DNA of 64,000 nt from a virus: positions 6,625 to 70,624 of IMG/VR virus record IMGVR_UViG_3300049893_002106; one strand, given 5' to 3'. Of the stretch, positions 58,069-64,000 are shown in pieces. The position numbers and the translations under genes are program-made. The notes below the pieces were generated by a model, which made no database searches, was not told the origin of the DNA, and worked only from the letters and a program-made list of their open reading frames with translations. The number at the start of each line of letters is the position of its first letter. Position 1 is the first letter of the stretch.

Positions 58069-58986
58069 TTACTTAGTAGGAACCTTGATGCCAGCCGAAG
58101 AGATTCGGCTATGAGCTTCTGCAAGCTCACGATCATCCCGAACTGCGTTAGTAACAGCAACCAAGTCGCTAGTTACATTGCGGTTTCCACCGCGCATTTC
58201 GCCAAGAAGAAAGTCAATCGTTTCCGACTTTGAAAGAGTCCGAGCAGTAGCGGTTTGCGTAGTTTTTTGTTTTGCGCTTACCGATCCGGCAATTGCTGCC
58301 CGTTGAGCTGGAAGCGAACGGCTCTTGCGTAGATCTTCAACAGTTTTACGAAGACCTTCAATTTCAGACTTCATCGACTTAACCATTTTCTTCATTTCAG
58401 CTTCAGCGGACTTGCCCATAAAACCCTTTTGAAAGTCTGCAACTTTTTGAGGGTCTAATTGAGGGCCGCCATCCGTTTTACCCATAAAACCTTTTGTAAA
58501 AGCATCGGTTTTAGCTGGGTCGAGGTCATTCAGAAAGCCGCCTTCTTTTTCGAGAGACTCTTCTGGAGCTTCTGCGCCTTCGGCTTCTGGAGCTTCTGCG
58601 CCTTGAGCAGCATGACGTTTTTCAACTTCAGCCTGAAGAACAGCGATCATTGATTCGAGCTGCTCGTCGCTTAATTCAGCGGCATGTTGAGCCATCTCAT
58701 CTTCTTCACTTCCTTGACCTTCAGCGCCTTCTGCGCCTTCGGCTTCTGGAGCTTCTTGGCCTTCTGCTTCAGCTTGTTCAGCCAGTTCGTCGCTTTCTGG
58801 GGCTTCTGCGCCTTCGGCTTCTGGAGCTTCTTGGCCTTCTGCTTCTGGAGCTGCGGCTTCTGGAGCTGCTTCTTCTTCTGGCTCAGCCTTAGCGAGGCCG
58901 TCCCAGCTCTTAAGAAGAGCTTGCACTTCGCTCATGGTCTTAGCGATAGCAGTACGAGCTTCTTTTCCATCTTTAAACATAGTCAT
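58069..58986 (-). CDS. Prohead scaffolding-like protein (305 aa)
   Basis: Acidic APEAEG repeats, coiled coils, multiple LxKS/KA sites, head-module position. Confidence 0.7.
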   Translation of the reverse strand: MTMFKDGKEARTAIAKTMSEVQALLKSWDGLAKAEPEEEAAPEAAAPEAEGQEAPEAEGAEAPESDELAEQAEAEGQEAPEAEGAEGAEGQGSEEDEMAQHAAELSDEQLESMIAVLQAEVEKRHAAQGAEAPEAEGAEAPEESLEKEGGFLNDLDPAKTDAFTKGFMGKTDGGPQLDPQKVADFQKGFMGKSAEAEMKKMVKSMKSEIEGLRKTVEDLRKSRSLPAQRAAIAGSVSAKQKTTQTATARTLSKSETIDFLLGEMRGGNRNVTSDLVAVTNAVRDDRELAEAHSRISSAGIKVPTK

Positions 58987-59013
58987 AGTCAGTCTCCGTA
59001 GTAAGTAGGATTA

Positions 59014-59544
59014 TTACACACCGCCAGCTACAGCTAGACCGTATGGCATGTAGTCACCGGCATCGGTAGTAGCAGCAGTAGCCACTGCACCGTTCGCACC
59101 GTTAACAGTAGGCTCTGTTCCGTTGTTCGTTAACTGCAACGAAACTGGAGCGCCAAGTTGACCACGAAGGATGTGAAGAAGTTCACGTTGGAATTTAGCG
59201 TGAGCGCTTGCTTGACCAGCGTTCGTTAGCGCTACCGCTTCCATATGAAGCGTAAATGAAACAGAACCATCTAGTGTGTGACCAGCAGCATGGCTTTGAG
59301 TCTTCATAGCAGCCGTGTCGTTTGAGTCCGTAGCTGGTTTAGCCACAAGAACTGCACGAAGGTTGCCAGTTGCCCAAGTAGCGGAAGTAAGGTCAATTAC
59401 GCAAGCATCTTTACCAGTTGCTTCACGGCCTTGCCACTTAATAGCTGCGGTTTGTCCGTCTTTAGACATTGCTGCCTTATAGCCTTGACGGTGAAGTTGT
59501 TCTGCTAAACCACTGTAAATTTTTTGAACGCGAGGTGACGACAT
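59014..59544 (-). CDS. Putative head structural/decoration protein (176 aa)
   Basis: High-expression codon bias, own late-type motif, head module. Confidence 0.55.
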   Translation of the reverse strand: MSSPRVQKIYSGLAEQLHRQGYKAAMSKDGQTAAIKWQGREATGKDACVIDLTSATWATGNLRAVLVAKPATDSNDTAAMKTQSHAAGHTLDGSVSFTLHMEAVALTNAGQASAHAKFQRELLHILRGQLGAPVSLQLTNNGTEPTVNGANGAVATAATTDAGDYMPYGLAVAGGV

Positions 59545-59606
59545 TTAGAATACTCCTATTAATTTCGTACCATTATTATTCTAGCACAAGACTACTGTCT
59601 TACTAC

Positions 59607-59858
59607 TTACGGGATTGGTCCTGCATTTAGGACCGCAACAACTGCCGCCAACCGATCCAAAGCTTGCTTATCGGTCGCAGGTGCAGTTCCAGCCCAGTTA
59701 GCTGGGGTTGCTGGGGTGTATGAATCATCAATTGCTTCAGCAATCAAATCGCCTAGCTTGATACCGCTGGTAGCGGCTGGCTCACCTGGAAGGTTAAGAG
59801 CCGGTTGTGATTCCGAAAATTTGTTTAAAAGAGTTTTTACGCTTGCACTTAGAGCCAT
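59607..59858 (-). CDS. Small head decoration/fibre-like protein (83 aa)
   Basis: YTPATPANWAGTAP...QALDRLAA motif seen in phage fibre/decoration proteins. Confidence 0.6.
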   Translation of the reverse strand: MALSASVKTLLNKFSESQPALNLPGEPAATSGIKLGDLIAEAIDDSYTPATPANWAGTAPATDKQALDRLAAVVAVLNAGPIP

Positions 59859-59960
59859 TGAATTAGTCTCCTATTAAGGAATGTCTCACATTCTGCATTT
59901 TAACACAAGTCCCAACTAAAGGACTTATGTAATTTTACCAGATAACTTTTAAGGTAATAC

Positions 59961-61829
59961 TTAAGTGATGTCACAAGCGCCCGATACGCAAGCCAGAGAC
60001 TTGGCACCTTCGGTTAAATCAGACTGCTCATAAAGAGATAAGGCAGAAAAATCTACCTTTGGCATGTCTCGAATAAGCCTATTGTACTGGTCTTCTGAGA
60101 TCTCTTCATAAGGAGCAAGCTGATATTTACCGCCATCATACGGCAAGAAAGAAACTCCATTAATAATATCCCAATTATTATAAACCCAGTTCCCTACCTC
60201 TAACCATTCGCTATCTTTAACATAAACAGTGATAGACTGGTTATGAGTACACCAATTAGTTTGAATGTGCCTATACCATTTCAACTGATCCATGGCAGAA
60301 ACAGTATCCCTGACAACTGCCGTATCGGGGGCTTTACATGGAAAGTCAATAACCCAGGTTGTTGCATTAGTCTCTGTCTGGCCTACCTCTGGAGTACACT
60401 TCACCCCAGAATCTCTCATTAAATGGAAAAGAGGATCTGTAGACGAAATCCTAACTCTGCGGATATAGTGCCTAGCATACCAGGGGTGACACCCAGAGCC
60501 AGAGAATGCCAATTGAGATGAAGTCCCTTCTGGCTTTCCACAAGTTATTGATTTTGAGGGATTAATTCCAAGAATTTTAGCGGCTTCAATATTTGTTTTT
60601 ATAGCTTCTCGCTTCATTGCTTGAAGAAGATCTGCCGTTAATAATTCTGGATTATCCATTTGGCCGGAAATACTAACTCCAAGTAAAGCCTCTTCATCGC
60701 AATTCTCTTTCCATTCTTTTCTTAAATATTTAAAATCGGTAAAAGAAGCTTGGATAGTGCCGATCCAAGAAGCAAGTCTAGCTTTTTTAATTAATTTTTC
60801 TTGATCATCGTCTGGCTTTACAAGAACCGTAGAGAGGTTACAGAACTCTTTGCTCCTCAGCATAATTTCGCCACAAGGATTAACACCAGCTATTTGCTCT
60901 GGATCTCTACCTAATGAAACGCTTGCCTTAGCCGCACCTAGATTAAAAATACCCCTCTCGCCAGAGCCGGATTCCGCTAGGTTGGTCCACTCCCTAAGGA
61001 AATCAACTGAAGAAGGCTTCTCATGGTATACGGCAGAATTATTAGACATATACCTATGAAGCGGGAAAGGCCAATTCTTTGCAGACTGAAGCTCCTTAGA
61101 GTCCAGATCTGATAAAGAAATTAAACTAGACCTTCTTACCCCTCCACTTACAACAATTTCCGCAATTTTACAGCAAATGTCGTGGGCTTCTAGTGAGGTT
61201 AATTTTCTGCCCTGAGCCGCCTTAAAGGTAGTATCAATAAACTGATGAAGAGCAATTAATGGCTCCGGCCCCGAAGAGCGACCTCCCATAATTTTAAGTC
61301 TAGCCCCTCTAGGACGAAGAGCGTCATAATTCATAGTAATAGATGCCCCAGAATATAAATATTCCAACTGGGTTTTAACGGAATCTGCCCATCCTTCCTT
61401 AGAGTCTGGGACAGAGAAACAAAGATCGTGATTTGTTATTTTTGGGATAACCGGCAATTGATCTATATACTTAGACTCAACAGAGAATCCTGCTCCTGTT
61501 CCTTGCATGAGAATGTAAAGCATTTCAGGGAAGGCCAGAGGGGAGTCGATTGCTACAAATGAGCAATTAAAAATAGAAACATTGCACCTTTTAGCTGCTT
61601 CACCTGCCGCCCAAACAAGACGCATAGAAGGCAGGACTTGTAATGTATAGACCGCCTCACGAATATCGGCCAAAACGTCCTGAGGGATATTTGGCCTTTC
61701 TTGTTTAAAAAAATCGACAACGCGATCTACTGTTTCAGGCCAAGACTCTCTCCGCCCTAGATCGTCTCTCCATCTTGCATATGTTCTTAAATAGACAAAT
61801 TCCTGCAAAGTATTCTGAAAAACGCTCAC
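59961..61829 (-). CDS. nrdJ: Class II adenosylcobalamin-dependent ribonucleotide reductase (monomeric RTPR type)
   Basis: RTYAR, PSMR, FNCS, GGVRRS, NPCGE (radical Cys), FCNL, KPEGT, C-terminal ACVSGACDI. Confidence 0.95.
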   Translation of the reverse strand: MSVFQNTLQEFVYLRTYARWRDDLGRRESWPETVDRVVDFFKQERPNIPQDVLADIREAVYTLQVLPSMRLVWAAGEAAKRCNVSIFNCSFVAIDSPLAFPEMLYILMQGTGAGFSVESKYIDQLPVIPKITNHDLCFSVPDSKEGWADSVKTQLEYLYSGASITMNYDALRPRGARLKIMGGRSSGPEPLIALHQFIDTTFKAAQGRKLTSLEAHDICCKIAEIVVSGGVRRSSLISLSDLDSKELQSAKNWPFPLHRYMSNNSAVYHEKPSSVDFLREWTNLAESGSGERGIFNLGAAKASVSLGRDPEQIAGVNPCGEIMLRSKEFCNLSTVLVKPDDDQEKLIKKARLASWIGTIQASFTDFKYLRKEWKENCDEEALLGVSISGQMDNPELLTADLLQAMKREAIKTNIEAAKILGINPSKSITCGKPEGTSSQLAFSGSGCHPWYARHYIRRVRISSTDPLFHLMRDSGVKCTPEVGQTETNATTWVIDFPCKAPDTAVVRDTVSAMDQLKWYRHIQTNWCTHNQSITVYVKDSEWLEVGNWVYNNWDIINGVSFLPYDGGKYQLAPYEEISEDQYNRLIRDMPKVDFSALSLYEQSDLTEGAKSLACVSGACDIT

Positions 61830-61838
61830 AACTTCTCC

Positions 61839-62156
61839 CTATCTTGGCCTACCATTTAACCAACCCTTACTTCCACACTGACAACTATAATACTGCTTAC
61901 CTCTTAATATCATTACTGATATTTTCTCTTCTTCTCTGCAACTCGGACATCTAGCTTTTTTATTATTTTCTTTTTGTGAATACTCTGCGGATTGTTTTTC
62001 TTCCAGGTCGTCCTCATAAGCTTCTTTAGATCTTTCGGCTTCGATAATTTTCCTTCTTAGCATTTTATTTTCTGCTCGAAGTCTTCTGTTTTCTTTTTGA
62101 AGCTCTCGATATGCCTTACTATCTTCAGAATTTTTATGGGACTTTCCCATTAACAC
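61839..62156 (-). CDS. Coiled-coil plus Zn-ribbon hypothetical protein
   Basis: Heptads then CPSC...CQCG. Confidence 0.6.
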   Translation of the reverse strand: MLMGKSHKNSEDSKAYRELQKENRRLRAENKMLRRKIIEAERSKEAYEDDLEEKQSAEYSQKENNKKARCPSCREEEKISVMILRGKQYYSCQCGSKGWLNGRPR

Positions 62157-62238
62157 TCCAGATCTTACTTGAAATCATTTTATCATCGGGTAAGTGGAAA
62201 GTCTACTTTCTATTTGATATAACTCAATAGAAATATTA

Positions 62239-62532
62239 TTATTTTTCCGATATTCTCAATCTTTTCAGCGCCAGCTTTACAATCAAGTAACCTAGCAGGT
62301 CTTTTTCTGAATCTTCCCCATCAAACGATGGATCGGAACTTTGAAGTCTTTTAATTTTATCGTTTATCCTACAGTCAATAGCGTCTTCGGCCAGGATTAT
62401 TTTCCCGCCATAAGCAATATCCCTAAAGGCCGATCCTTCATAGGAAGTGTTTTTTCTTGACAAAAAAAGAGCAATCTCGTCGCACACAGATTTAATCTCT
62501 GCGTTTTGACGCTCAAGCAAAGCCTTATCCAT
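62239..62532 (-). CDS. DUF1599-like nucleotide-modification-associated protein
   Basis: KN.SY..SA...RINDKIKRL...EDSEKDLLGY motifs. Confidence 0.7.
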   Translation of the reverse strand: MDKALLERQNAEIKSVCDEIALFLSRKNTSYEGSAFRDIAYGGKIILAEDAIDCRINDKIKRLQSSDPSFDGEDSEKDLLGYLIVKLALKRLRISEK

Positions 62533-62558
62533 ATTAAACCCTATGGTTAATTTTTTAA

Positions 62559-62882
62559 TTATTCTCGGATTTTAGCGCCATAGCTGCGGAATACTTCTTT
62601 ACATTCCGACACCGTGCCATCTTCACCGAAACCCAAATGATCAGCATGCTTGCGGATACCTGCCCAGTGGTGGTCTTTATATCCAAGAATATAACGCGCT
62701 GCTGCATCTTTTAGCGCAAGGCGAGCTACTGGCTCTTTCATAGAAACTACGGGCTGAAAAGTGGCCGGAGCTTCTGTAGCCGCTGGAGAAGGTTTTACCC
62801 CTACTTGACTATCTTGGGCTTGGGAAGAGGCTTCCTCTGCAACTGAGGTATCTGCTCCCTTTTTTTTCTTAGATTTGGCCAT
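62559..62882 (-). CDS. Hypothetical protein (107 aa)
   Basis: Likely start MAKSKKKK at 62882. Confidence 0.6.
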   Translation of the reverse strand: MAKSKKKKGADTSVAEEASSQAQDSQVGVKPSPAATEAPATFQPVVSMKEPVARLALKDAAARYILGYKDHHWAGIRKHADHLGFGEDGTVSECKEVFRSYGAKIRE

Positions 62883-63136
62883 AATTTCCATCCCTTCATT
62901 GAAATAATATTACTTTTTTCAGTAGGCTCCTCTTCTATTACTTGAGGAGTAATCTGGGATATATTAATTAAATATATCTCTCCAGATAATATTGATTGTA
63001 CCAAACACTCATCGTCAAAGCAATCTATTAGTTCTACTTCTATTTCATCTATAAAAAACTTCACACTATTCGAGAGGGACTGGACTATTACCCTCCGCCT
63101 CCGATATTGCAAAAACGTCCATATCCATATTATCAA
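62801..63136 (-). CDS. Possible small hypothetical protein (start uncertain)
   Basis: Fills the gap 62880-63066 but overlaps both neighbours. Confidence 0.35.
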   Translation of the reverse strand: MIIWIWTFLQYRRRRVIVQSLSNSVKFFIDEIEVELIDCFDDECLVQSILSGEIYLINISQITPQVIEEEPTEKSNIISMKGWKLWPNLRKKREQIPQLQRKPLPKPKIVK

Positions 63137-63992
63137 CTTGATCTGCCTCTTCGCCTATCCAAGCGTCTAGCATGGTGCCAGTTACAGTAAATACGGTTTC
63201 ACCAATAAATTCAAGAGCATCAGACCCTTGAATTACTGGAGGGGTTTGTTGCATTGAAATATTTTGGATACCTAAATCATCCATTCTCTTGCGCCCCTTT
63301 TTGAGGCAATATCTAACTACCTGTCCAAGTATCCTGTGCAAGTCTGGGTCGCCAGAAGTGGTTAATTTACACTGGATGGTAACTTGATCGTGACTGGCAT
63401 TAATATTTGCCGTCTTTTTCTTTTCAAGAGACATAGCCTTCCAGCCCTTCATAGGGGAGCCGCTCAAGTCTGTGTCTAGTAATATTTTGGTATTTTTACC
63501 ATTAGCAACAACCCAACCAACAACTTTAGCGCATTTGCTTCCGTTGCGAATGGTCATGCCGGTAGGGATCTTGTCTTGTAGCGATAATTTCTCTGACACT
63601 TCTACATTATCTTTAGAAATTTTTAAAATATCAAAAGCAGCGTATACTTCTGGAGCTATAGTGAATTGTCCGAGCAATCCTGGATCAGAGGGCTTTCCTG
63701 CGTAGTCTCCGAAATAAGTATTGCTTTCGGCATATGAAGCTGCTATGTCGATTCGAGGATATTGATCTTGATCTGGAACATAATATGGCTTGATCCATAT
63801 TTTGCTATTTAAAATAAACTGAATAGCGTTAGAGATATATTCTGGGCCGACCTTTTTTTTAATGCTTGGAATGTTTGAATAAACACCCAAAATAAATTCA
63901 AGATGGTGAGGATTTTTACGGAGGTTTTCGAGACCCTCCTCTAATACTATTTGAGTTATTAGATCTGCTGCTCCAAATCCTAAATAGCTCAT
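63066..63992 (-). CDS. Neck / tail-completion-like virion protein (308 aa)
   Basis: DLI.Q.VLE.GL..LR.NP N-terminus, PRIDI, VVRYCL...GIQNIS patterns of tail-terminator-like proteins. Confidence 0.55.
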   Translation of the reverse strand: MSYLGFGAADLITQIVLEEGLENLRKNPHHLEFILGVYSNIPSIKKKVGPEYISNAIQFILNSKIWIKPYYVPDQDQYPRIDIAASYAESNTYFGDYAGKPSDPGLLGQFTIAPEVYAAFDILKISKDNVEVSEKLSLQDKIPTGMTIRNGSKCAKVVGWVVANGKNTKILLDTDLSGSPMKGWKAMSLEKKKTANINASHDQVTIQCKLTTSGDPDLHRILGQVVRYCLKKGRKRMDDLGIQNISMQQTPPVIQGSDALEFIGETVFTVTGTMLDAWIGEEADQVDNMDMDVFAISEAEGNSPVPLE

Positions 63993-64000
63993 ATTAGTCC

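Noticed and set aside
58540-58890. APEAEG DNA repeats in the scaffold gene as a separate repeat element
   Set aside because: Low-complexity coding repeats typical of acidic scaffold proteins
59961-61829. Intron or intein in nrdJ
   Set aside because: The 622-aa ORF is continuous and compact, with no intein motifs
904-63705. Numerous short + strand and alternative-frame ORFs in the track (e.g. 15754-16395, 38490-39206, 51070-51864)
   Set aside because: Antisense or out-of-frame shadows of long, motif-supported minus-strand genes; no RBS or recognisable motifs
1-64000. Stop-codon reassignment
   Set aside because: Genes are long and tightly packed under the standard code, and TAA, TAG and TGA all end genes

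Overview
The whole window is part of a large contractile-tailed dsDNA phage genome (myovirus; capsid, sheath and baseplate resemble Herelleviridae-like or related large uncultured phages). Almost all genes are on the minus strand. Read in transcription direction (right to left): neck/tail-completion gene, small genes, class II (B12) ribonucleotide reductase, head decoration and scaffold genes, a 1319-aa lysine-rich head-module protein with a GP88-like domain, head-tail adaptor, major capsid, Hef-like homing endonuclease, tail sheath, dUTPase (+), three tail-tube paralogs with a ClpP gene among them, tail chaperones, a ~10 kb accessory block (zincin-motif proteins, NIF3, DUF932), tape measure, hub, spike, wedge, a 2528-aa baseplate-J-like protein, and two large beta-propeller tail-fibre/receptor-binding genes (the last runs off the left edge and is missing from the ORF track). 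The strongest signal is regulatory: the accessory block carries four sigma-28 (FliA) consensus promoters (TAAAGTTT-N11-GCCGATAA; three perfect, one with a single mismatch), whereas structural genes mostly carry a different TGnTAvAAT motif with no correctly spaced -35. This suggests a phage that ties its accessory (probably early) programme to the host flagellar sigma factor, possibly in a predatory Bdellovibrionota host (inference). Other notable items are a probable protease-processed internal polyprotein and a recursively nested domain repeat in the baseplate protein. All family calls come from motif recognition by eye, not database searches. No tRNA, rRNA, CRISPR array or integrase was seen.
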